Shown: positions 28,840 to 38,058 of the stretch, piece by piece | How positions within the stretch are numbered: the first letter of the stretch is position 1 | Layout of the letters: the number at the start of each line of letters is the position of its first letter | Assembly (NCBI GenBank): GCA_005880985.1 | Contig: VBIQ01000024.1 | Coordinates: 6,429 to 70,428 of the forward strand | From: Chloroflexota bacterium | GTDB taxonomy: Bacteria > Chloroflexota > Dormibacteria > Aeolococcales > Aeolococcaceae | Direction: 5' to 3' | DNA length: 64,000 nucleotides | The notes under the pieces: generated by a model | The model's input: only the letters and a program-made list of their open reading frames with translations | Told to the model about the DNA's origin: nothing | Databases searched by the model: none | Made by a program: the position numbers and the translations under genes

Positions 28840-31800
28840 ATGTCGAGTCAGAGTGTGAGCGATGCCCTCGCCAGGATGGCTTCGGACGAGACGTTTGCGC
28901 AAGCGGTGCGCAAGAACGCCAGGAAGGCTCTGGCCGATTACGACCTCACCGACGATGAGCGGCGCGCTCTGGCGACGATGACGACAGAGGCCGCAACTCG
29001 AGGGCCCTCCACGCTCGGCCAGCGCCTGTCGAAGTCAAGCCTCTTCGGGATGAGCGGCGGTGGGGGAACGGCTGCACCCGCCGCAGCGCCCGGTGAGCTC
29101 GTGGACGATGCGCAAGGCGGCGGTAACGGAGCGACTGCGGGGGGAAACGGCGAGGCGGGTGTCGATGACCAGACTATCGACGCCGCTCCGGTCGTGCCAG
29201 TCGATGCCAGCATGGTCGACGCGCCCACCAGCGTGATGGCCGAGGCAGCCGATACGGGAACGGTCGGCGACGGCGGCGGCGGGAGCGAGTGGACGAGTCT
29301 GATCGACACGTCGTCCGGCGATACCGGCGACGGTGGCGACGCTGGTGGCGACGTGAGCGCTGGCGAAACCGTGGTTGCCGATCCCAGCACCGCTGAAGTC
29401 GACCCGTCGACCGGCGGATCCTCCGTCGGCGGCGATCCCGTGCAGTCGCCGGACCTTGCTGCCGGTCAGACGTCCGACCAACCTGATGGCGCGTGGCAGA
29501 GCCTGCTCGGCAATGGTAGCGCGACAGCTGAGCCGGCGGTTCTCACGTCGGCGCCCGTCGCCGAGTCCTCGGGTGCGAGTTCTCCCTCTGACGTCGTCCT
29601 GGTTGACGCGACCTACGACACCGGAACCGCCGACACGACCGTGACCGAGTCCGGCGATGGGAGCGACCAGGTGACGGTCGATGCCTCATCACCCGACGCG
29701 ACGGACGCCGCGCCTGCCGATGCCACGTCGACTGACGCCGCTCCGATCGATGCGCAGGCGGGCCAGTCGCTGGATGCGACCTCAACCGACGGCACGGACT
29801 CGACCTCGGGCGGGAATGGCGCCGTCGATCCGGCGATGACAGGCCAGGCAGTGGACAGCACGACAGGCGATACGGCGGGCACCACCGATACCACGGGGAC
29901 GGATCAGCAGCCAGCCGATCAGCAGTTGACCGATCAGCAGTCGACCGACCAGCAGTCGACCGACCAGCAGTCGACCGACCAGCAGCCCACCGACCAGCAG
30001 TCGACCGACCAGCAGCCGACCGATCAGCAGCCGACCGATCAGCAGCCGACCGATCAGCAGCCGACCGATCAGCAACCGATCGATCAGCAGTCGACCGACC
30101 AGCAGTCGACCGATCAGCAACCGACCGATCAGCAACCGACCGACCAGCAGTCGACCGACCAGCAGTCGACCGACCAGCAACCGACCGACCAGCAGAGTAC
30201 CGACCAGCCCACCGACACCAGTGGGGGTGATGGCGGGCACGATGGAGTGGTCGACCCGGCCGGAACTGCCGGTCTGGTGGGGGCCGATGCCGCAGCGCAG
30301 GCTGGTGCCGCGGCGGCTCAGGGTTCGGTTGCCGAGACCGCACAGGGTGCAGGCGCGCAGCCAGCCGCCGCGGGTGCAGTGCCCGCCGCTGTACCGGCCG
30401 CCGCTGCGCCGCCGCCGCCACAGGCTGCCTCGGTACCCGCGGTGCCGGCTGCGCCCACACCGGCTGCGGCCGCACCCGCGCCCGCCCAGGCCGCGGCCGC
30501 ACAAGCGCCCGCACAGGCGCCCGCACAAGCGGCCGCACAAGCGCCCGCACAAGTGCCCGCACCGGCCGCGCCTGCACAGGTGACCCCCGCGCCGGTTGCA
30601 CCCGCACCCGTCGCGCCTGCCGTCGACTACACGAAGGGATTGAACCCATTGCCTCCGGACTCGCCGGACTACATCAAGGAATGGTGGCAGCAGGTCAAGG
30701 CTGGAGACCCGCAGGCCATCCAGAGCTGGCACGACACTATGGGGACTATCGACGACACCGCTCGACACGGGGCGCAGCAGGCTCAAGCTGCTGCCGAGTT
30801 CAAGGCAGCGCAGTCGCAATCGGGGTGGGAGAAGGCAACGCAGTTTGTCGGCGATACGCTCGACAACGCATCGCAGACGGTAAAGGACACAGCTGCCCAG
30901 GCGAGCGAGAAGGCCGGTCAGGCATTCGATGCTGCGGCTCCGACCCTGCAGAAGTTCTCTGACACTGTGTACTCGGCGGGAGCCCAGGCAATCTGGGGTG
31001 ACGAGAGCGCGGCTGCGCAGCAGGCTGCCGAGGCCAAGGGCGGTGCGGTCGACGAGACCAGCCCGACGATGGCGTTCGTCAAGAGTCTCTACAACGAGAA
31101 CTGGTCGGAGGACGCCCTGAAGACACTGGCGCCCGTCGGACAGGGAATCATCGACTTCGGGACCAGCACCGCCCAGAGCATCGCCGACATTCCGCACGGG
31201 ATCGCCCAGTTGAGCACGCTGAGCACCGATGAGGTGAAGGCTCTGATCAAGCCGATCACGGACATCCCGGGCGGGATCGCCGAACTCAGGTCGATGAACG
31301 TCGACGAGCTCAAGGGCACCCTGATGCAGACCCTGGTCGACGGTCTCGAGGCGACGGGGCACCATGACCTTGCCCAGGGAGTGCAGGACGGCCGGCTGGA
31401 TGTTCCGACAGCCTTACTCAAGGTGGGCGACGACGCGATCAAGGACGTCAAGCATTGGACCAACGACCAGGTCCAGATGGCTCGGGACAATCCTGACCAA
31501 TTCCGTCAGGTCTGGGGCCACCGCACCGGGACGCTGATCGGCCAGATCCTGCTGGCGGAGGCGACCGGCGGCGGAGGCGGAGGCGCCGCCGGCGAGGGCG
31601 CGGCCGCGGAGGGCGGCCTCGCTCGCGGAGCATTGGCCGAGGGCACTGCGGCGGAGGGCTCCGTTGCGCGTGGGGCTCTGGCCGAGGGCACAGCGACCGA
31701 AGCCGGCGTGGCCCGCGGTGCTGTGTCGGAAGGGACCAGCGTCGAGAGCGCCGCTGCGCGAGGCGGCGTCAGTGAAGGAGCCGGTCCTCTCGAGCGACCG

Positions 31801-33231
31801 CTCGGCGAGCCGGCAACTCCGACGAGCGAAGCGCCGACGCAGGCCTACCCGAAGGGTGAAGCGCCGACGCAGTCCTATCCGCAGGGCGAGGCGCCGACAC
31901 AGACCTACCCGAAGGGCGAAGCGCCGACGCAGTCCTATCCGCAGGGCGAGGCGCCGACACAGACATACCCGAAGGGCGAAGCGCCGACGCAGTCCTATCC
32001 GCAGGGCGAGGCGCCGACGCAGGCCTACCCGCAGGGTGAAGCGCCGTCCGCACCGCCTGCGAACGAGGGTCCTCTGGCGCCTCCAAAGCTGCCGGAAACG
32101 CCGCACCCGGTGCCGAGCGAAGCGCCGACGACACGCTACCCGAGCTCCGAACCCACCGGTCCCGGGAACACCGAGATGCCGCGTGCGGACGGCAGCGCGC
32201 CGCGCTCAGCGCAGCGATTCGATCCCCAGCAGATCGACCCCACCGGCGACCTAGGCAGGGAATTCGACGCCATGCGCGAGCAGGCGGCGCGCGAGGCGGC
32301 GGGGACTGCGCCACAACCGGAGCTGCCGCCGCAAAGTGTCGAGCCTGCCGGTCCGCAGTCGTCGGAAGGCCCCAGCAACGTACCGCGCCAGGAGCTGCCG
32401 CCGACCGAGACGCGTGCCGTCGATCCGGTGCGGTCTGCGACCACCGAGCGCATCCCGGGCGACGGCGGCACCCAGCCATACAGCGCCGACGAGTTCGCCA
32501 AGACGCAGCAGTGGCAGCCGGGCCAGGATCCTTTCGCGTCACCAGAGGCACCGCAGGGCCCCACCGGCACCCAGCCGTACAGCGCCGACGAGCTCGCCAA
32601 GACACAGCAGTGGCAGCCGGGCCAGGATCCTTTCGCGCCGCCCGACGCGCTGCAGGGCCAGTCCGGTGAGTGGGGAATGGGATTCCAGAACGCCGACACC
32701 ATGCCCGGCTACCAGGCGCTGCCCGACACTCCCGAATGGCTGAACCTCCAGCAGGCCGAGGAGGAGATGGCCACACACCAGGCGACGCTCGATGCCCTGC
32801 GGGCCGAAGGTGTGGACGTCGACGGCATCGTCCAGCGTGGCGGTCTGGATCTCACCGACCCTGCGGACCTGCAAAGAGCGGTCGATGAGGCCATGACTCA
32901 GAGCGTCGACATGGGCAACGTCCAACTTGTCGAGCCGGGCGATCCGGACCTGCAACTGATCAAGGATGCAGCCATGCGACAGGCGGAGGCTGTGGCCAAC
33001 CCGCTGGTGGCCGACACGCCCGCATACCGCGAGCTACAGGCGCAACTGCAACACCGCATGAACGACCCCGCATTCGTCTCCAAGCTGGAGAGTGGGGTAC
33101 AGGTCGTCAGGGACGCCGATGCCGTCACCCACAACCCGATCGCGTCACCCGAAGAGCTGGCGCGCATCCGTGACATGGCAACGGGTGGAGCGGGGTACTC
33201 GCCGATCGATCACACGGGCCCGATCCGCTGA
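28840..33231 (+). CDS. NHLP-clan-like leader protein 6 (1463 aa), DQQ(S/P)T repeats, helical domain, EAPTQxYP repeats
   Basis: GAGGGGG RBS; MSSQSVSDALARMASDETF...LGQRLSKSSLFG. Confidence 0.9.
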   Translation: MSSQSVSDALARMASDETFAQAVRKNARKALADYDLTDDERRALATMTTEAATRGPSTLGQRLSKSSLFGMSGGGGTAAPAAAPGELVDDAQGGGNGATAGGNGEAGVDDQTIDAAPVVPVDASMVDAPTSVMAEAADTGTVGDGGGGSEWTSLIDTSSGDTGDGGDAGGDVSAGETVVADPSTAEVDPSTGGSSVGGDPVQSPDLAAGQTSDQPDGAWQSLLGNGSATAEPAVLTSAPVAESSGASSPSDVVLVDATYDTGTADTTVTESGDGSDQVTVDASSPDATDAAPADATSTDAAPIDAQAGQSLDATSTDGTDSTSGGNGAVDPAMTGQAVDSTTGDTAGTTDTTGTDQQPADQQLTDQQSTDQQSTDQQSTDQQPTDQQSTDQQPTDQQPTDQQPTDQQPTDQQPIDQQSTDQQSTDQQPTDQQPTDQQSTDQQSTDQQPTDQQSTDQPTDTSGGDGGHDGVVDPAGTAGLVGADAAAQAGAAAAQGSVAETAQGAGAQPAAAGAVPAAVPAAAAPPPPQAASVPAVPAAPTPAAAAPAPAQAAAAQAPAQAPAQAAAQAPAQVPAPAAPAQVTPAPVAPAPVAPAVDYTKGLNPLPPDSPDYIKEWWQQVKAGDPQAIQSWHDTMGTIDDTARHGAQQAQAAAEFKAAQSQSGWEKATQFVGDTLDNASQTVKDTAAQASEKAGQAFDAAAPTLQKFSDTVYSAGAQAIWGDESAAAQQAAEAKGGAVDETSPTMAFVKSLYNENWSEDALKTLAPVGQGIIDFGTSTAQSIADIPHGIAQLSTLSTDEVKALIKPITDIPGGIAELRSMNVDELKGTLMQTLVDGLEATGHHDLAQGVQDGRLDVPTALLKVGDDAIKDVKHWTNDQVQMARDNPDQFRQVWGHRTGTLIGQILLAEATGGGGGGAAGEGAAAEGGLARGALAEGTAAEGSVARGALAEGTATEAGVARGAVSEGTSVESAAARGGVSEGAGPLERPLGEPATPTSEAPTQAYPKGEAPTQSYPQGEAPTQTYPKGEAPTQSYPQGEAPTQTYPKGEAPTQSYPQGEAPTQAYPQGEAPSAPPANEGPLAPPKLPETPHPVPSEAPTTRYPSSEPTGPGNTEMPRADGSAPRSAQRFDPQQIDPTGDLGREFDAMREQAAREAAGTAPQPELPPQSVEPAGPQSSEGPSNVPRQELPPTETRAVDPVRSATTERIPGDGGTQPYSADEFAKTQQWQPGQDPFASPEAPQGPTGTQPYSADELAKTQQWQPGQDPFAPPDALQGQSGEWGMGFQNADTMPGYQALPDTPEWLNLQQAEEEMATHQATLDALRAEGVDVDGIVQRGGLDLTDPADLQRAVDEAMTQSVDMGNVQLVEPGDPDLQLIKDAAMRQAEAVANPLVADTPAYRELQAQLQHRMNDPAFVSKLESGVQVVRDADAVTHNPIASPEELARIRDMATGGAGYSPIDHTGPIR
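29902..30201 (+). repeat. ~20 x 15-bp tandem repeat encoding DQQ(S/P)T
   Basis: ga(t/c)cagcag(t/c)cgacc units. Confidence 0.95.
31828..32037 (+). repeat. 7 x 30-bp tandem repeat encoding EAPTQ(S/T/A)YP(Q/K)G
   Basis: gcgccgacgcagtcctatccgcagggc units with alternating variants. Confidence 0.95.
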
Positions 33232-33254
33232 GCCACGCCGGCAGCCGGCAACGG

Positions 33255-34925
33255 CTACCCGGTGGGGGAGGTATGCGGCGGGAGCACCGGCAGGGGCAGT
33301 CCGTCGTCGAAGTTCTCGCCGCCGCTCGGGGGAGGTGTGGCGTCCGGCGGGCCGCCGCCTCCTGGCTCGCCGGATGCAGCGCCGCCCGATGCGCCCTTGG
33401 CGGCTGCCGCGGCGGCCGCTGCCGCCAGCGCCGCCCCCAGCGCCAGTAGCCCGGCGGCGTTGCCGCCGGCGCCGACCCACCCATCAAGAGCGCGCGCGAG
33501 ATGACCGGCGCCGCTCGGAGACACGTAGAGGCTTCGCGGCACCAACCAGCCGAAGGCAGCGATGACCAGGCTGGACACCGCCGCGGCAGCCAGGAGCATT
33601 GCCAGATGGCGCCGCAGCGGGGCCTGGTCGGCCGCACCGGCGGTGTCGTCCACCCGGCGCTCACCGAGCAGGCCGCGCAGCGCCCAGACGACAGCGACTG
33701 CGGCGACGATGATCAGCCCCAGCGCCACCGGCGAACTGCTCAACGAGGTCGACAGTCTTCCGGGCAACGCGGTGGGACGCAACGCGAAGAAGAGGATTGC
33801 GACGACAGCCAGGGCGATTCCACCGGCGTGCCGCCACGCCCAGTCGGCGAGCGCGTCACGATCCACGGCCGGGATCCAGCTGCCGGTCTCGATCTCCGCC
33901 TCATCGAGTGCCGGTCGCGCTTCGGTCAGGCGCTGCTCGAGAGTCACCGCCTCAGCGGCGAGGGCGGCGTCCTCGGGATGAGCGGCGGCTTGGTCGGCGA
34001 TCATCGCGAACGCCCTGCGCTCCCTGAAGAAGGCGAGGGTGTCGCGCAGCGCGGGCCAGCCGAGTCGCACCCGGAGCAGGGCGACGCCCCAGTGAACGAA
34101 GGTGTCGGTGCTGCCTCGCTCGATGTCGAGGAGCATCTCCGGATGCTGCTCGAGCCGCCGTCTGGCGCGCATCTCCTCGACGATGGCGAAGAGGAGCAGC
34201 GCGATCGGGAGCACGATGAGCTCGAGGCGGCCGTGGTCGGTGAGGTAGTAGAGAATCCGCGGCACGCGCGCGAGGGAGGCGGGATGGTACGGGTTCGCGC
34301 CGGCAGCCGTGGCGATCGCCGCGTCGCGCAGCTGCCAGTTGAAGACGGCATGGTCGAGGGACACCCAGCCGATCGCGAGCACCGCCGGTAACCAGGCAAA
34401 GCCGCTCTTCGGCCGGAGGCGCCGGCCGAGCCCGGCGGCAAGGCCGACCACGCCGGTCCAGACCCCGTGTCCCGCGGCCACCACCAGCCCACCGATGCCG
34501 ATGCGCAGGCCGGCGATGAACGGTGTGACGTCGGCGACGTCGTGCGCGATGGTGCCTCGCGTCAGGGCGCGCAGATTGCTTTCGGCGAACTCGAAGCCGA
34601 GACCGCTGGCCAGGCCGATGAGCGCCAGGTCGGTGATCGTCAGGCGCCTGCCGTCACGCCACACAAACGCGATGAGCAGGACCGGCGCCGCCTTGGCCAG
34701 CTCCTCGACCACTGGGCCGGCCGAGTAGGAGTAGCTCGCGGTCCCCATCCGGATGCTGAGCAGTCGCGCGACGAGCAGCGAGACGGCGGTGGCGCCGATG
34801 CATCCCCAGGCGAAGAGCTGAAGAAATCGCCGCGGAGACACCGTGGTGCGCAGGGCGAGGAGACGGCACTCCGTCCAGAGCAGGAGCAGGAGACCGGCCA
34901 GCTCCAGTGTCGGCCAGACGTTCAT
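33255..34925 (-). CDS. PrsW-family glutamic-type intramembrane protease with C-terminal extension
   Basis: GPVVEELAK, GLGFEFAES, GHGVWTG, LDHAVFN motifs; many TM helices. Confidence 0.85.
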   Translation of the reverse strand: MNVWPTLELAGLLLLLWTECRLLALRTTVSPRRFLQLFAWGCIGATAVSLLVARLLSIRMGTASYSYSAGPVVEELAKAAPVLLIAFVWRDGRRLTITDLALIGLASGLGFEFAESNLRALTRGTIAHDVADVTPFIAGLRIGIGGLVVAAGHGVWTGVVGLAAGLGRRLRPKSGFAWLPAVLAIGWVSLDHAVFNWQLRDAAIATAAGANPYHPASLARVPRILYYLTDHGRLELIVLPIALLLFAIVEEMRARRRLEQHPEMLLDIERGSTDTFVHWGVALLRVRLGWPALRDTLAFFRERRAFAMIADQAAAHPEDAALAAEAVTLEQRLTEARPALDEAEIETGSWIPAVDRDALADWAWRHAGGIALAVVAILFFALRPTALPGRLSTSLSSSPVALGLIIVAAVAVVWALRGLLGERRVDDTAGAADQAPLRRHLAMLLAAAAVSSLVIAAFGWLVPRSLYVSPSGAGHLARALDGWVGAGGNAAGLLALGAALAAAAAAAAAKGASGGAASGEPGGGGPPDATPPPSGGENFDDGLPLPVLPPHTSPTG

Positions 34926-34935
34926 CGAGTCGGTC

Positions 34936-37376
34936 TCAGCACGCCGCGGTGACCAAGGAGTTCGCCGCCTGCTGCACGTTGCTGCCGCCAAAGAACCGGC
35001 CGTTTCCCTGGACAGCAATCTGTCGCATCGCATTCATCTGGTCCGGTGAATGATCGATGTCGACGCCGACGGTGTTGACGGCGATGCCCTTGTGCGTCAT
35101 ATCGCTGAGCAGTTCCGGCGGCGGCGAGCTGGCGTCGCCGTCGCCCATGAGAATGACCTGCTTGACCTCCGGCCGGTTGGCGAGCATGTCGCGCGCCTCG
35201 CGGACGTAGGGCTCGTAGCTGCCGGGATCACCGATGTTGATGAACTGCTTGACCAGGTTGTTCTTGGACGTGTCATCGCCCGCCGGCTGGAGCTTGGCCA
35301 GCGGTTTGGCCGCGCTGTCCGGGAAGCCGATGAGGTCGTTCGGTGACAGACGCGAGATGAACGTCTTGGCGGCGTCGAAGACGAGGCTGTTGCTGGCCTG
35401 GTCCTCGACGTCCTCGATGAGGATGATCACCGCAGCGGTCTGCGGCCCGGCGGCGCCGCCTCCGGCAGCGGAGCCGATGCAGGTCCGACAGCTGTCCTCA
35501 TAGGCGGTGAGGCGTGCGGTCGCCAGCGGGCTCCCCGGCGGCGTTCGGGCACCGTGTGTTCCGCTATCCGACGGCGAGGGAGGTGCGTGCAGCTGGACGG
35601 CGACCTGGCAGTAGTCGCCCTTGGTCGGAGCGCCGCCGGTCGGCTTGGAACCGACTCCGGACTTGGGTTGGCCCACCTCGGCGCCGACTATGACGACGAC
35701 CATTCCCAGGATCACCGTCGCCGCGTGGATGTGCCATCGACGGCGGGGACGTGGTCGCGGGGTGGGGCGCCGCGGCCGCGGTCGCGGCGGTGGTTTAGGT
35801 GCGCCGGGTCGCGGCCGCCTCGGGGGGAACCAGGGCGGACGCGGCGGGCGCGCCCCGGGAGGGTGCACGCCGGGTGGCCGCACGGTCGGAGGCACGACGG
35901 GGGGTTTCGAGGGCGGCGGAGTCGCAGGGGGCCGGGCGGCGGGGCGCACGACGGGGGGTTGAGTTGCGGGTGGCGGAGCGGTGGGGGGGCGGGGGGGGGG
36001 GGCGGGGGTGGGGGGGGGGCGGGGGGCGGCGGGGGGGGGGGGGTCGCGGGGGGCGGGGCGGTGGGGGGTGTCGCGGGGGGTTGAGTCGCGGGTGGGTGAG
36101 TCGCGGGTGGCGGAGCGGTGGGGTGAGTCTCCGGCGGATGGGCGGCTGGTGGCTCCGCCACCGGATGCGTTCCCGGCGTATGCGTCGGAGGAGCGTGTGT
36201 CGCCGGCGGCTCCACCCCTGGCGGATGCACGCCCGCCGGATGCACCGCCGGTGGCTGCGCCGCCGGATGCACCGGCGCCCCGGGGTGGTGCGGCGCGGTG
36301 GGCGCGACGTGATGCGGTGCGCCTGGGGCAACGTGGTGTGGTGGCGGCGCTGTGTGGGCCGGACCGGCAGGCGGCGTCGCCGCCGGTGTCTGCGCCGGTG
36401 GCGCAACCGGGTGCCCGGGCGCGGGGGTCGCGGGTGCGGACGGGGAAAGCGGAGAGATGCTGGTCGCCGCCGAGACAGCAGGTCCGCTCGCCACCGTGGC
36501 TGCGCCGCCGCCGAGAACGCTGGCGATCGGCAGCAGTGCCACCACCCCGACGGCAGCACCGCCGAGGACCGCGAGTCCCTGCTCCTCCCAGCCGTGCCCG
36601 TAGCCGCGGCGCGCGGCGTCCTCGAGCTCGCCGAGGAACTCGCCGGCGGTACCGAAGCGCTCGGCCGGGCTCTTGGCCATCCCCTGCCGGACCAGACTGC
36701 GCACCGGTTCCGGCACATCCTGGACAGGAACCGGAGCGCTCTGGTGCTGCAGCCGAAGCATGGCGTTGTCGCGGGCATCGAACGGGGGATGGCCGGCCAG
36801 GCACTCGTAGAGGACCGCCGACGCCGCGTAGACGTCGGTCTGCGGCGTCGCCTCGCCGGCCGCCCACTGTTCCGGGGCCATGTACTCCGGTGTTCCTGCG
36901 CGCCAGCCTCCCTCCCCGCGCCGGACAGCGATGCCGAAGTCGACCAGTCGGGAGCGCCCCGCCCCGTCGACGAGCACGTTTGCCGGCTTGTAGTCGCGGT
37001 GGACGATGCCGGCGCGATGGGCTTCTTGGAGGCCGAGCAGCGAGCCGCGCATCACCGCGAGCGCAGCCTCGGGGCGGGTCGGCCCCGACGAGATCAGCCG
37101 CTGCAGAGGCGCCCCACGCACGAGCTCCATGACGATCGCCGCAAGGCCGGCGGCCTCGATGTACTCGTAGAGGGCGACGATGTTGGGGTGTTGAATGGTC
37201 CGCAGCACTGCGGCCTCGGCCCGGAAGCGGTCGAGGAATGTCTCGTCGCCGAGGAACTCCGGGCTCAGCCGCTTGATGGCGACGAGCTCGCCCGTGGGTT
37301 CGTGGCGTGCGGCCTCGACGGTGCCGGTGGCGCCGGCGCCGAGCTCGGAGAGCGTGGTGTAGTCGCGGATCGGCAC
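34936..37376 (-). CDS. Ser/Thr protein kinase - Pro/His linker - TM - VWA domain; apparent frameshift in the G-run at ~35980-36080
   Basis: LGAGATG, VAIK, HRDYKPAN, DFG, GTPEYMAPE in ORF 35712..37376; TM and VWA-like (VILMGDGD, VNTVG, MRQIAVQGNGRFF) in ORF 34936..36867. Confidence 0.8.
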
Positions 37377-37399
37377 CTGATCGTCTCAGCGGTCAGCAG

Positions 37400-37882
37400 T
37401 CACGGTGCCGCCTGGTGCGGGACCGGCGCGGTCGCCGCGGCCAGCCGATCGCACAACGCCGTCGCCTCGACGCTGAAGAAGGACGGGACGTTGATGCGCT
37501 TCACGCCGTTGGGGAAGCGCAGCTTGATGTACACGTAGCCCAGCCGCAGGGTCATCGCCGAGCCCCGGCTGAGGTTCCGCTCGGTCACGGCGACGTCGGT
37601 GCGCGGTGCGCTGAGCAGCAGCTCCTTGGCGGAGCCGACCCGCCACTTCGAGCCGCGCAGCACCAGCACGCGCCGATCGGTGAGAGCGACCACGTAGGAC
37701 GGCACGAAGAACAGCGACGCGATGAGGACCGGGATGACGCCGGCAAGAAAGAGCCAAGCCCAGGCCCACGGGTTGGGGCCGCCGATGGCTGGCATGGCGA
37801 CCACCGTGCTCTCTCCCGACTCGAGGAAGGGAGTGATGGCGGCGCCGAGGCGCGCACCGAGCTTCTCCCTGCGACTGGACAT
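37400..37882 (-). CDS. hypothetical membrane protein (possible PH-like C-terminus)
   Basis: TM WAWAWLFLAGVIPVLIASLFFVP then YVVALTDRRVLVL; [10 protein letters not shown] upstream; start 37882 or 37888. Confidence 0.7.
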   Translation of the reverse strand: MSSRREKLGARLGAAITPFLESGESTVVAMPAIGGPNPWAWAWLFLAGVIPVLIASLFFVPSYVVALTDRRVLVLRGSKWRVGSAKELLLSAPRTDVAVTERNLSRGSAMTLRLGYVYIKLRFPNGVKRINVPSFFSVEATALCDRLAAATAPVPHQAAP

Positions 37883-38058
37883 GGCCAAACCCCCTCTTGC
37901 GCCGCCCCTCTGCGGCCGCGGGTCATGGTACGGGCTGATCCGATCGATGACAACGCCCTGCGGGGGGCCCCGCGCTCCAACCGCCTCAGAAGCGGCTCAC
38001 CGCCGTGCCGGCTCCATGCTGCCGTGGATGCCGGTGACGAGTCCCGGTTGGACGAACC

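Noticed and set aside
13026-33231. Classical RiPP biosynthetic cluster
   Set aside because: Cargoes are hundreds of residues long, and no modifying enzyme or peptidase-containing ABC transporter is present in the window (distant trans-acting enzymes cannot be excluded)
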